A DNA stretch of 63,973 nt, the filler included, from Reticulomyxa filosa (lineage: Eukaryota > Protista > Foraminifera): the NCBI GenBank assembly GCA_000512085.1. It is 14 parts of 14 records of this genome, joined end to end, with 100 filler letters (N's around TTAATTAATTAA, not from the genome) between each part and the next. Parts side by side here need not be neighbours in the genome. Positions count along the whole stretch, not along the records: positions 30,425 to 44,587 come from ASPP01012185.1; positions 44,688 to 49,226 come from ASPP01002130.1; positions 49,327 to 53,797 come from ASPP01006950.1; positions 53,898 to 58,557 come from ASPP01007239.1; 10 more parts are not named here. One strand, given 5' to 3'. Shown piece after piece: positions 42,201-56,800 of this stretch. Position 1 is the first letter of the stretch; every line of letters begins with the position of its first letter. A program made the position numbers and the translations under genes. The notes under the pieces are model-generated. The model saw nothing but the letters and a program-made list of their open reading frames with translations. It was not told the DNA's origin and searched no databases.

Positions 42201-44480
42201 CAAGAGTACTGGAATTTTTGACGTGTGGGCTATGTAGGCCGAGGAATAAACAGTTTAATACAATGAGAATATTGATAAACCATTCGAACGACTCGGATGT
42301 AACCAATTGGTGAAGATATACGCGCAATGGATGAACAGGAGTCAATATGTGAAGGGCCACTCCTGTTATTTTTTTTTGATTTTTCAGCTTTTCAATACGC
42401 GCCTCATAACGTGCGGCTGCTCTTTCTGCGGCTTGTTTCTTGCGTGCTTCTCGAACCATTATTTCCAGCTCATGTATTCCTGTTTGTTCATCGTCCTCGT
42501 ATTTTTTCCATAACACACGACCTCGCCGAATTAAGTCATCTAACATCAACTGAATTGAGTCCTATTTGTACATATACACATACATAATTGTGTAAACAAT
42601 ATGATTATGTACAAATGAGTCTACGATACAAAGAAATCAATTGAGTATGTCCATTAAAAGTTACATAATCCAGATAAATGTACATTTGTGTATACTTGGA
42701 CATATCACAAAACTTGATTTTGCATTCGGTTAATTAAAATCGCCAAGCACAAATTTTTGAAGACGAATAAACCGAGAGCTACTGCAATGATTACAATCAC
42801 CACTGCTCCGTTTGTGGTTGCCCGGGTAGTGTCAGCCCTGTAGTGATATACGTGTTTGTATTTTGTAATAATGAATCACGTGTTTGGTTGATAGTCGAAA
42901 CAAACAAATAAATACACAAAATAAAATAAAGGTATGTATACAGCAACGAACATGATATACATCCAACCATCCCCCGAAAATAATTGCATAAATGTCATAA
43001 TGGAGAACCACAAATTATCAAAACGCCATGGCTTTGTAAATTGTTCAAACGTATTGATTTTGAGTTTTTGTACATGTGTGGAAAACATTTGAACTCCTAG
43101 CACGCCAAACTATTTTAAAAACAAGCAAAGTCATTACACTTCAACTCCGTTTATTCTTTCCCTTCCTTTGTTTTGTTTGTCAAAAAAAAAATAATATATA
43201 TATATATACATATATAAACAATATACCATGAACAAAAACAAGGCCAAAATAAGAAACAAAAGCGCAATAGGTTCCACCGCTTCAAGGATTGCGTTCAATA
43301 AGATTCGGAGTGATTGAACGCGATGGAACAATCGCAAGATGCGAAGCACGCGCAATGCTCGAAAAGCCAAAACCACATTTGCAATTTTTGGGTGATTGGA
43401 AGCACTTGAGACAATTAAGTCCACCAATGACACCATCACAATAATACCGTCAAATATATTGGAATGATCACTCCACCAAAGTCTCGGACTAATTTAATTA
43501 TAGTATTTGTATAAACACGTATAAATAAATAAATAAATAAATAAATAAACAAATAAATGAATACATGTATATATGTATATATGTACTTAATACCCTAATC
43601 CTATCAACATCAAGACTAATTCAATAACGAATATGACTGTAAAGATACTATTAAATACTTCCAACACTGTTTTAGCGGTATCGTTCATATGTGGCCATAC
43701 CAAAGCCAACACAACAGTATTCAACAGAATAACGACAAGCATTACGTTTTGAAAAGCGGTGCTTTCTACTAGTTGGTGAATTTGTAAAACAATGGCAGGC
43801 TTGTTGTCCAAATATTCATTTTTGATGGGTTTGCAGATTTCCCAAATGGAAGCAGCCAATTCCGAATTGTATGACCTTGTCCATTCCTCGATTACTCGGT
43901 TCCTTTGGATATTTTGTTCCAGCGCCCGTTGCGAAAAGGATAACACTTCATCGTCGTCCTTTTCGAATTGTAAATCATAGTGTGTTTCAGTTGCAATCTC
44001 TTCTGCAATTTGTTGTAACTCCATTGCAAAATCGCTCATTTCATTTTTTTCGTCATCCCGTTCTTTTAAGTATAAAAAAAAAAAAAAAAAATGAATATGT
44101 ACGTTACAATATCAAATATCCAAATCGAATAGAGCGTTAATTGAAGAGGAAAAGATGTTTTTGTACCTGTATTAATTCTTAGTTTTTTCTTCCTCATCAA
44201 CTCGTGTTTTTTATCGACAACTTCGACGATAGACCGGTTCGACTCTTTGAACACCTCTTCAAATTTTTGCATCATCGATTTTACATGCCTGACTTGTCTT
44301 TCGTAGTTATCGTATGTAATCTCTTGCAGCAATGGTGCTCTTCCCCGTTGGCTTGATTTTACGTGAATTAGAGTGTCAACTTCCTGAATCGTAGTGCCCA
44401 TATCTTCTTCGCCCTCAACTGCTTTCAGACTGCGTGAATACGTGTCCACGATCACTACCCATTTCATTCCCGTTAATGCA
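39208..44480 (-). CDS. Four-domain voltage-gated cation (CaV/NaV-superfamily) channel alpha subunit; domains II-IV present, 5'-truncated
   Basis: S4 segments FRALRVLRILRLFHR, LRGLRAIRPIRV and IRVIRVVRLVHR; P-loops FSGDGW, SNFAHW and ATNDNW; S6 MVNLFIAVILD; apparent frameshift near 40422. Confidence 0.92.
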
Positions 44481-45187
44481 ATACAACATGTTGTGATCAA
44501 CGTTGTTCAGATGAACAGAAAGGACAAAAGAAGAAGAGAGACTCAGAGATGTAATAGTGAATAATAATAAACACATACACACATAAANNNNNNNNNNNNN
44601 NNNNNNNNNNNNNNNNNNNNNNNNNNNNNNNTTAATTAATTAANNNNNNNNNNNNNNNNNNNNNNNNNNNNNNNNNNNNNNNNNNNNAATTTTTATTTGA
44701 AGCAAACGTAGGAGCACTAAACGTAGTACAAAAGTTGTTACTGAATAAATGTCAAAAAAAAGAAAAGAATTGAAATAATAAAGAAATGGCTAACACACTG
44801 CATATGTTGATATTTTTTTATTAGACAAAACAATATTTGAACATCAAGTATTGTTAACACATGTACATAGCAGCACAAACCAGCATTAAAAATTTGTCTT
44901 TTGATTATGTGATTACATCAGCCCTTTTTGTTTTTGAATCTGAAATTGGGGTTATTGCAAAAATTAACCCAAAAAAAAAATATACTGAATGGACTTCTCA
45001 CATGTCCACAGATTTTTCATTTTCGCATCACGTATTGCTTAAGACTAAGTAATCTATCGAGATACTTAAATCAGTAAAAATCACCTGGCAGGGGAGGAAA
45101 GCCATTGATGATCTTACTGGCAGCCCTCAATCTTCTTTTCTTTATTTATTTTTGGCAATGAAGAAAACAAAAATTGGAAGTAACATT

Positions 45188-45922
45188 TCAAAATTCCCAT
45201 TTTTTGACATCTTGTCCAGTAGGCAAAACCCTATCCTTCCCATCATAATCTTTATTTCTAACCTCATCCCAGTTTGTTGACAAAACAGTGCCACCACTAG
45301 TTTGGAATGATTTATTCATTGCCTTCTTTTGTTCGTCTGTTGCATTTGAGTATATCTGTTGGAACAGTTTTTGCAAAGCCTCATCGCCCTCAGGTTTTTC
45401 GTTTTCCAACTCTTGAGTTGTCTCTTTTGATATCTTGTTCCAATCTCTACGTGTCGTCCAAGGAGCTTGACTTGTTCCACCGGATACATTTTCTCTTATT
45501 TTCACTGGAATACTGCTCTCTTGTTTTATTTCTAATGAGTTCCATTCAGTTCCGGCTTTTTTCTTTTTTTGTTAATAAAAAACATGCTTAAAATTGTATA
45601 CCCCCTTTTTTTTTTATTAGTTACATCATTTTTTTTTTATTAAGCAGAAACATACCTGGAGAGTAATAATGACTTTGTAGGGATTTACTTCAAGCTGTGT
45701 TCTTTCTGGAATTACTTCTCCAAATAAATGTAGGCATTCCACATGTTCCGTTTTGTTTGGCATTGATAACTTGATTTCCAACGTTTTGTTGTCTTCAAAT
45801 CTTGTTGCCACGTTCTCTCGCTTCAAGTTTTTTAAATAAAGAACATACGTGATATCTTGTTTATTTTGATACCAAGTTGTTCGATAGCTTGGTTTGTTAG
45901 CCGCTTCAACAGCCTCGCTCAT
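45188..45922 (-). CDS. SGT1: SGT1 co-chaperone (CS and SGS domains)
   Basis: YRTTWYQ CS-domain start; SGS motif [14 protein letters not shown]....[18 protein letters not shown]; intron 45563-45655. Confidence 0.93.
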
Positions 45923-46550
45923 TACTGCAGTCTTCAAAAAAAGATTTCCTTTTTTCTCTCTTACCCCCGTTCCAAAAAAAAAAGTGTGGCACAAAGTGTA
46001 TATGGCTGTCCGAACTAAACAAATAATATGATCACTATTGCTACTTTACACTGATATACAAGTGGCGCAGCATATCTTTCTTTGCCTTATGAAAACAATT
46101 TTTATTTCGTTATTATTTTTTTCTTTCTTTTTCAATTTGTGTCAGACGCCTTATTTTTGCCTTTAAAAATCCTAATTGATGAAAGTATTTAAAAACGATA
46201 TGCACAAGTTCTTTGTTGCTTACTATTTGTAGTCTATTTTTAATTTTTGAAAAGTTAAACAATGCTTTCAAATAACACAAGAACAAAAATGAAGGGCTAT
46301 ACTAACAAGGAGATAAAGTAATACATCTAGCTATTGCACACGAGGTCTCTCGCTAGTTGGTCGTGCTTGACATTCAAATTGAAAATTCTGAAATATTGTG
46401 ACATTCAAAGTAAAGAGTAAGTGTATCTGAAGCGTCGCAAACATTGTTCCATTGAAATACAATCGTTTACAACGGTACTTAAGCCCAACAAAAAAAAGCC
46501 GTCGTTCAATTTTCCCTTGTTTTTCTTTCTTTTTTGCAGTTATTTTTTAG

Positions 46551-47268
<718 letters not shown>

Positions 47269-49356
47269 ATTTGAATAGTCTTTTTTATGCGTTTTTTTTG
47301 CGTTTTTTCTGGTGAAAACTTCTTTTGCAGTTTTGATTGGCGCTTCGTTGAGATTCGGCTTTTTCTTTTATGGAAGTTACAAACTTGTCTCTCTGGTTGG
47401 CCCATTTATTTTTGGACCAATCATTTTGAAAAATTTTTGGAATATTCGCGTCCTTTTTTAACGTTGGTCGCTCTTTCAAATGTCCGAAGATAATCAAATG
47501 CACATTTTTTTTCATAAAAGCAGATTTTTTTCATTCTTTATATTCTACCATCGCACGTTTATTACAGTAGTCGTCGTTTTTTTATTTTTTATTAAAAACT
47601 GATGTTGCGACTTTTCGTGTTATTCTTTAAAAATTGCTGAAATTTTATGACCGTATTGTGAAAAATAATGCTTTGCATTTTTAAAAATCTGTATTTGAGT
47701 GATGCATAAAAAAAAAACTATTTAGAATTCAAACATTTGCTGGTCTTTTTTGTGGTTAGAAATGAAAAATGTACAATCGAAATATGACATTGTCTTAAAA
47801 ACTAAAAATTAAATAAACGAATACTATTCATTCGAATAATAGAAGAGACAAAGCGAAATTATTGTCATACTCTACACAAAAAATGTCCACAGAACGTTGA
47901 AGCTTTTTAAAAAGGGTAGTGTTTTTTGTGGAGCGTTTATGCAAATTTATTTTTAACAAATGCAGCAAATAATTTACATAAATTTAGAAGCAGTGAAGGC
48001 AAGACAAACAACAGAGAGGTATTGTGAAAAATCTGAGTATATTAACGCTGTAAAACTCTTCAAGAAACAACAAGGTCGTTCTTTTGTAGTGCTCCAAACA
48101 AACATGCATAATTCGTTATTGTAAAACATAAAAAATATCTTAAGATTTTTCCACAATTTCTATGCCAATAGTAAAACTTTATTTGTTCTATTCTGGACCC
48201 TTACTTTTGATTTTATGATAAATTTTTCAAATGAATTTGCTATTGGCTACTTTTTTTGCTGACACCAGTGCCTTCAAAAACTGGTGTCTCTTTAGATTAC
48301 TAACAGCAGAACCAAAAACAAATAAAGTTTTTTTTGCTAAAAAATTGAACTAGTTTTTTCATTGAAATGAATCGGAGTTGCCGTTTTGCGCTGCCCCCTT
48401 TTTTAAATCTAATTAAAATGAAAACTACAAAAACGAAGACCATTAATGATTTTCGGCAAATGTTAGAGGAACTACACGCTTTAAGAACAAAAAGAGAAGT
48501 TTTTCACGTGTTGATATTGTTTTGCACCCTGTTTTTCTGCGTGGAATTATGTTTGCCTGTGTTGAACGGTTTCGATAATGAAAACTCTGCCAGCAATATC
48601 GCTCATACTGCTTTTACCGACACCACAATTAGTAAAAGTGTCATCAAGCCCATCAATGATCTTCGTTTCACAGACTCTTGTTTAGCTTGTTTTCGACCTC
48701 AAGGTTTCGATGTAAGTTGTACATTTCCGTTAACTCCAACAAATATTACGGTAGAAGTAAATGTAAAGATCCAATGTGCAAGAACTGAATGTAAGTACGT
48801 TGAATTTGAAAAACACGTGATACTAACTACAGTCCAAGAGATTAACGTGTTTATTTGGATAGTTTATCAACACCTAGGACTAGTCCAAGCTGGTTGCCCT
48901 CTTCCGCAATAGCTATAATCTTTATTTTTCTGTTCATCATGCTATCTCATCCTTTTATTTTTTTCTTTATTTAAATATGATTCTTTGCTTTATTCATTGA
49001 CATTTTTCAATTTTGATCACACTATATTGTTTAAAAATTGAAAAATTCAATATCCATAAAAAAGAAATTCTATTTTTTTTAAAAAAATCCTCTTCGCTCC
49101 TCTCGAATAATAAAAAAAATCCATAGAATACCGACAACAAAATTTTTTTTTTATGCAAAGAGACAAAGAATGAAAGTAGCAAAAAAGAATTTTGTACACT
49201 TTTTTTGAATGATCAAAAAAAAAAAANNNNNNNNNNNNNNNNNNNNNNNNNNNNNNNNNNNNNNNNNNNNTTAATTAATTAANNNNNNNNNNNNNNNNNN
49301 NNNNNNNNNNNNNNNNNNNNNNNNNNAAATTTAAAACAAAAAAATAAACAAAATTT

Positions 49357-50178
49357 AGCTAAGAAAAGATCGTTTCATTGGATGGTACCATTCCCATCCA
49401 TTTGACGTCGGTGTGCACAGCAACGCCTTTTTGAGTGGTACCGATGTGAACACACAATTGATGTGGCAGTTGCAATTTGGCAAATGGGTCGCTATCGTGG
49501 TTGATCCATTGCGTTCGTTGGCCAAACAAAAAGTGGAATTGGGATGTTTCATGGCATATCCTCCGTCATATGATCCTCCCAAAAATCAAGGTCCAGACGG
49601 AAACTTTGATACGAATACGGTGTGTATGTTTTTTTTTTGAAAAGATTAAATGTATGTTTGTTATATTTTCATTCAACATACATTAAAAATACATACAAAA
49701 AATAATAATTTTTATAAAGAGCAATCTGACAACTCGATGGGGAGCTGTTTACAACCGCTACTACATGTTGAAACCTACTTTCTTCATGGGGTCTTTGGTT
49801 CGACACAATCTTGAAATGATGTCACGAAAACACTTGTGGATCCGTCATTTGTCCTCGACTGCCATATTGGAACCGGAAAATCGAACTGAGTTACCTAAAC
49901 GCATCAATGCATTAACTAAAGGCACCACGGATCAATCGCTCAGCCGCAGATCTACCAAGAAGTCAGAGGAGGCCTTGGCAGAGTCGCTTAACATCAGGTA
50001 TTTCTTTTGTTTGCTGCTTTTTTTTTCTATTTATCTATCTTTTTCTCTTGCTTCCATCTTCTTGCAAGAGGGCATTGTTTGTGTAATCAGTCGTGATATT
50101 GCTGTCGAACAATGCATTGGAAACTCTGGACAATTGGTAAAAAATGTGGTATTCAATGCCTCATTGGGCTCCCAATGA
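49357..50178 (+). CDS. CSN5: COP9 signalosome subunit 5 (JAMM/MPN+ protease)-like, 5'-truncated
   Basis: IGWYHSHP......FLSGTDV.TQ...Q....VAIVVDPLRS.....VELG.F, then WG.CYNRYYML. Confidence 0.8.
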
Positions 50179-51862
50179 AAACATATCGGGCCGATTGGGG
50201 CTTTGTTGTGGTCTTCTTTTTGTTTTGTTTCTTTGTTTTTTTGGGGAACGATTGAAGTTGTTGCAATTTTCTTCGGTGCACGTGCAAATGGAACAATGAA
50301 CACAATATTTTCAAATACGCACTTGTAACTTGATGTTCCGCGTCTTATTGACAAACATACTTTAGTTCAACTCTGATTTAGCACTCTCTTGATCAATGTT
50401 TGGGAAATTAAAGATTGGCACGGTGATGATAGTAAATTTTTTTGGGAATTTTTAATACATAAATATAATCATCAGAGAAAACATATCTTTCTAAAGCTGC
50501 ACAGTTCGTCGTATTTTGCCAAAAAAACATTTTTATTTGCTAATCCCTTCAGCAATAAAGGATGCCACCTTGCAATCATTCACCGAAAGACAATTTTTTC
50601 TTAGTATTGTCTGTTGCTTTTGCTTCTTCACGCACTTCATGCAAACCACACTGGATAGACTTCGACGCAAAAACACCTAACTTGAGAACATCCATTTCTT
50701 ATTGCATAGATACACCATTTTTCTTTTTTAGGCAGTGTGTGAAATGTGGAAAATCGAGTGGTGCTTGTAGTACCGAAGAAGAGAATAGTTGAAAACATTG
50801 TTTGTTTGTGAGCAAAGAAATAAGAAAAACAACAAAAAAAATAAGTTAAAAAATTTGGACTTTGTCCCCAAATATTTGTTATAATATAATTGAACTAACA
50901 AGGGAACCGAGGAAGTGGAGTGCACTGTGGTTTCCGCCAATGGTTCGAATCCATGACCCCCTAATACAATCAGGTTTGACTTTTTTTTATTTTTTCAAAA
51001 ATCATTACGAGTTGCCGGATCATGAAAATGAATTCTACAGAGATTTGTGACTTGAAATTTGTTTTCAATTTTTATTTCAGTTAAATTTTTTTGTGAGAAA
51101 AAAAGGGGGTAACACGAAGTACATCAATATTATCACACCACTCCATCAACATCAGCACAAACTCTTTTTCTCATTTTAAAAAAAGGGGACTGGAATATAA
51201 AAAACTCTTTGCAAGTCAATAGTTTGATCTTGATAAGAGGGTTAAAAAATAATAATAAATCCAAATCAACAAACAAGCGCTTTGCTTCATTCTTTTTGCG
51301 CGCTTGGGTTCTTTGGTGACAAATCGGAATTGTCGCCATTGAGTATTCCATTCTCCATTGCACCATCTACACACACGTCCCAAACATTATATAATCAATC
51401 ATCCAAGTTGATATATTATTGCTTTTTTTTTTGTTTGGCCACGCTGTTCTTCTTGTTGTTCCCCTTCTGGTTTCCAAATCTTTTCTCGGTTCCATATAAT
51501 TTGCAGGCCGTTACCTCCTCCGGCACTTCACGTTTTGAAGCTTCCAGTTTGTAATTTAGCACAAGCAGTTTCATTACAGCCACATTTTTTGCTGCTTCTC
51601 CTTTAGTAAAATTTGAATGTTATTGCAGATCTACATACTCAATGAAAGACCAACTCTTGACGTTCAAAACATAAAAATTGAAGTCCATATCTATCTTCTT
51701 GTTTGAAAACTGATGTCAGAGTTTTGTGTTCAGTTCAAAGTCAAAATCTAAATCTAAATCCATTTCATATTTGCTGGGAAAAAAATTCAAGCTATTTGCT
51801 ATTTTACGTTTTTTTCTGACCTTAAGAAAACGAAGTCGTGGGAAAAGCTCTTCGTAACAATA

Positions 51863-53100
51863 ATGGGCTGTTGTAAGAGCAAGAATGAAGATGCTCCACC
51901 ATCAAAAGTTACAGAGGACAAATTATTGCAATCAAACCCTGCTATTCCTGATCAACAAAATAATTCAGCGTTGAATCCAAACGCCGAGAACGGAAGCTGC
52001 GTGTGTTTTTTTGTTCGTTGACCACTTCATACAACATGCACACTTACAAAGACCACAAAAAATAATGCAACATGCAAACAATAACTGGACAATAATATAG
52101 GAGGATCAGGGAATGAAAGTATTCCATCCCAAAATATAGGAAATATGCCAAATTCGGCCGAGGACCAACAAAAAGCATTTACAGAGTTGCAAAAACAATT
52201 GGAACTTCAACAGCAGCTGTTGCAAAAAATAATGGGTGATCCTTCTATGATAAACAACATCAACGTTGCTGCCAACAATAATAGCAATTCGAACGAACAA
52301 CCAAGACGAGCGTCAAATTTTATAACCAATCCGACAGGGGACAAAGGTAATAGCCATAATTGATTTCTTTTCCTTTTCCAAACACCTATGGGAGTTGACG
52401 GCCAATTCTAAACTGTGCGAAAATATTGATTGAACAGAAGTGGCGAATGCATATACTGTTCCGCAGGAGATAATCCAACAACAGCGAAGAGTGTCAATGC
52501 TGATAATGAATATGACAAAGAATGCGAAAGAAACCCCGGAGCAGGAGACGGAACGTAAAAAAAAGGAGGATGAGATGCTGCGGAAGAGCGAAGGGACACA
52601 TGAAGAGGTTGGACCGAGAAACAATCCCGATCCGTCTGCAATATCGGGAGTACCATCTCCACTCCCTACAACAATCACAGAAGCTGACAAAGAAGATGAA
52701 GAGGAGGAAGAAATGATCAAACAAGCACAAGCATTGGCCATCAGCATTGAAAATGTCAGTGGCAGTCCAATGGCCAATTCTCCTGTTTCTGGCTCACCTG
52801 TTTAGTCCTATGTACCTTTTTTTAACCTTTTTCTCAATTCACAGAGTTTGTATTTGACGAATTGACGCACGTGTGGCGCAGAAAGCCAGCGAAGATAATG
52901 TCGCACTAATCGCTCCAAGCAATAACAGCAATCAAGACAACTCAGAAGTAGACGAAGAAGGAGAGGGAGATGGAGGCAATGCTGCAATTCAACAAAACTC
53001 CGATGAAAATGCAAAAGATGCGTCATTGAACATCAATGACGAAAAGAACTTACAAAGAATGTACAGCTGACGAGGCCAATTTCGATTTGGGTACCGCTAT
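51863..53100 (+). CDS. Hypothetical disordered protein with MGCC N-terminus and UIM-like motif
   Basis: Starts MGCCKSK; later exon contains EEEEEMIKQAQALAISIE; exon-like ORFs at 52145, 52440 and 52873. Confidence 0.55.
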
Positions 53101-53897
53101 AAAAATTTCAGAACACAAATCTGTTCAATTTTAATCGTCGAAAAATAAATATGCAATTACTGAAAAATATCATCTTACGAATATCTTGATAGTAAAAATT
53201 GTGTAGAGCAGATGTATTTTTTGTGATTGTTTTCTTTTGTCTATTTGATATGTGGCAAATGGCAGAACAAATCAAGACTTCATTCAATTGACAGATACAA
53301 ATTACTTCACAGCATTCATGTCTTGGTTATGAACGTATATTTGAAACACTTTTTGCTAAATTTCAAACAGATGATAAGCAAGCAACAATGACAACCAGTT
53401 GTTAAATTGTTAAAATATTCTTAAGCGTTGATAAATTCTAATAATAAATTATTTCATTTCTGTTGTCGGTGTTGAATCAATTATCTGGAAAATTTTCAAC
53501 TCATATTTACAGTAGCATAGATTAAATGTAAAAAAATGACATTTCTTGGAATACTGATTTCACACGTGCTATTCATGCATAAAATGTGTGATTTCATAAC
53601 AAATTTTTATTGGGACTAAAAAAACGACAGAAATGATAGCTTACAACATATATTGATTATGAAAATGGTTCAAAGTCAGTCGGACCACTTAACAAAATAC
53701 AAACAAAATCGGAATCAATTTCCTCCGCAAACAAACATTTGTCCCATCCATTCACATGCGAATCTAAGATAAGGGACAAATTGTTTGATTTTGCTACNNN
53801 NNNNNNNNNNNNNNNNNNNNNNNNNNNNNNNNNNNNNNNNNTTAATTAATTAANNNNNNNNNNNNNNNNNNNNNNNNNNNNNNNNNNNNNNNNNNNN

Positions 53898-56800
53898 CGG
53901 TGCATTTTCTATCGCTTAGCAGCGAGTCTATACCAAACTTGGCGCAGAAAATGAAAAACTTTTTGGTGGACATTCTGTGTATTATTTTCGAAAACGGCAA
54001 TTCTTTGCTTTACAAAAGACAAAAGGATGAGCGAATCGACAATTTGTTTTTGCATATTTTGAGTGAGCCGAAAATCGTTTGCATTATGCAAAGGGAGCAT
54101 CAAGGGCACAGCCACGAAATTGTCCCCAAAGACAACATTCCAGGAGGAGGTCACTTCCCGTTTAGCTCGCATCTGCACGCTTTTATGTCTTCCTTCCGCG
54201 AGATGAGCTTCGGGATATACGAGCGAACGAAACAGGACATCCGCAAAAGCTTGGAAGAGTTCCTGATTGTCCAGATACATACGTCGATTCAGACATCGGG
54301 ACTGAAGCTCAATTTGAACCGATTATTGCCAGTGGATCTTATGAAACGACTGTTGCGCGACGTCGTGCACTTGGAAAGCAATGGCATCTTGGGCTTGCAT
54401 CGTTTTTTGAGGAACGCACACGTATACGATACGCTTGTCAATCACGTGTGTCTGTTCGTTGAAAAAGCATCGATGGAAGCTCTGCACAAATTTGGCGCTT
54501 CCACGGAAAGAAAACAGGATTTGTCCATTGCCATACAAGAACACGACTTGAAGACAACAGTAACGCAATCCACGGAGAATGTCGTCGATGAAGAAAAAGA
54601 AGAACTCAAACATGCAGAGATAAAAATGGAGCCTGAAGAGATCCAGTTTCAAGTCACTGAAATGTATGCCATTTGTGGTCACACGAACAACTTTTATCTC
54701 ACTTTGTCGACATTTTTTCTATTTTGCAAGAGCATTCGATTAAGGATTTAGAGAAAGTGATCAATGGTAATGTACATATGTACAAATATATGTTGTTTAT
54801 ATTTACCTAACGCTGTGTGTGTGTGGATTGATTTAACCTTTTATCGACCCTTCACAGTTTGGGCGGAGGAAGCAAGCCTACATGAGTGCGTAGGCAAAAT
54901 ACTGATTGTCGTGTTCCAGTTAATTGAAAAGTTTTGGCGAAATATTTCCGACAATAAAATGAAACACAATCTCGATCGACTGGCTTCGATATCGCAAGCG
55001 TTTGAGAATATCATCCAATGGCTGCGAAAAGGCTGTCGTGACCAAGACGTATTCGAAATGGTGGATCGGCAATGGGACCAATTGAAACTGAGTATGCTAT
55101 GTCTTACAACGACCGATTATCAAATTCAAAGCGACAGATTTGTCGATTTCATTAAAATGAGATTTGCTCAATGTCGCTTTGATAATTTCCAATTACTAAA
55201 GTATTTGGTGGAACACATTCAGGGTCTGTTGGATCGAACGAACCTCAAAGCAGAAAACAAGCAGGAAATGCTGCAATGGTTTGTACAAAATTACATCAAC
55301 ACATTTGGATTGAGGACGTCCATTGTCGCCTCCGACACAAGACACGTCATTGATGACGAATTTATCAAACAAATTGTGGAGTGGTTGCTTGGCAAAGATA
55401 CAGAATTTGCCTTAAAACCAACCGTATTCACAAAAATGGAGATCGCAATCCAACTGGTTGCGTTAATTCGAAGAGTTGCGTCGAATTTGTTTGTTGTGCT
55501 ATGTTATGTTTGAGACAAAACAAAATCCGGCTGTTTGTCACTTGGAGGGCACAGAATGAACATCAAAACGTTCGAAAAATTTTGGTGAACTACGCCGAAA
55601 AAAGTGATTTGAATGGTGAGTTTGCGGTTCTTTTAATTCGTGCGCAAGAACAATATTTGCACTTTCAAGAAACCACTTTGCGTAAATGTTTAGAAATACA
55701 AGATAAACCTGACGTTAACAAGTTTGTAAAACTGTCACAATCACTAAGCGAAAAAATACAAAGCGGAGTTTTGCTGGAAGTGCTGCTATTGATCGCAGAG
55801 TGCAAGGTGTGGACGTATTACTTGTCGCACTACTTGGGTTGGACAATGAAATTGCCTTATGTGTATCAAGACGACGGCATTAAAGAAATGTGGATGCAAG
55901 GAACAGAAAAGCATCTAAAAATGTATTTGTCACTACAAGACTGTGCCAGCATTGGGCAATTGTATGACCATTGCCAGAACGCACAGATAACTGACAAAGA
56001 ACGCAAGCTTCGCCAAGGGTTAGGATATTATTTGCTGACCGAACTGTGGAAACACAAAGGATCGCGTGCAGTGTGGTATTTGAGTAGTATAAGATTCAAA
56101 AAACTCTTTGGTTTTGCAATCCAAATGGAGTTAGGTATAGTCGAGGCCCACCGTGTCACCAATACGCCTTGTGACAACATCTTCCGCTTATTAGAATACT
56201 GTCAAGATCAAACACTGGATGAAAAATATATCGAAATGCAACAAGTGTTTACAGCGGCGCTTCAGCTCAACCAAATCAATTGGCCATGGTTTGAGCGACG
56301 CTACATTATCCATTTCATTGCAGGTTTTTTTTTTTGTGCACATGTATGTATACGTGTATGTGTACGTATTTACGGGTTGATTAACACAACATTAGGCGTG
56401 TTCAACGAGTTGTACATAAACAAGTCCTCTGGCAAGTACCTTGAAATGATCAAAAACTTCTTTGGGTCAATAATCAAGTATCTTCCTGACACATTAGAAA
56501 ATCCAGAGCGATGTCATGACCGTGTCAAATACTTGCTCTCACAGTTGATTGCTTTGTCTTTTTTTCAATTGATCAAAACGTTTTTATTCTTGTATAGACA
56601 TGCTTTTTTTTTTTTTTAAAGATTGGCCACTGGCGATTGCGACTGCACAGTGTTCAAAAACACTACGGCCTCTCTCGAAAATGTTCAGCTTTATCGCTTG
56701 GCCTGGCATTTCCTTGGTACTGTATTGTCTTTGCCACAGTCGCCCTTCAGCATTTTGTTCCACAACCCCAAGACATTCACAAACCAGTATTTGGTAGCAA

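Noticed and set aside
48367-48912. 181-aa plus-strand ORF as a real gene
   Set aside because: No recognisable motif, and the opposite strand shows a stop-interrupted hydrophobic reading; cannot decide without expression data.
50560-51700. Small minus-strand multi-exon gene
   Set aside because: Fragments look weakly protein-like but could not be joined into a consistent reading frame.
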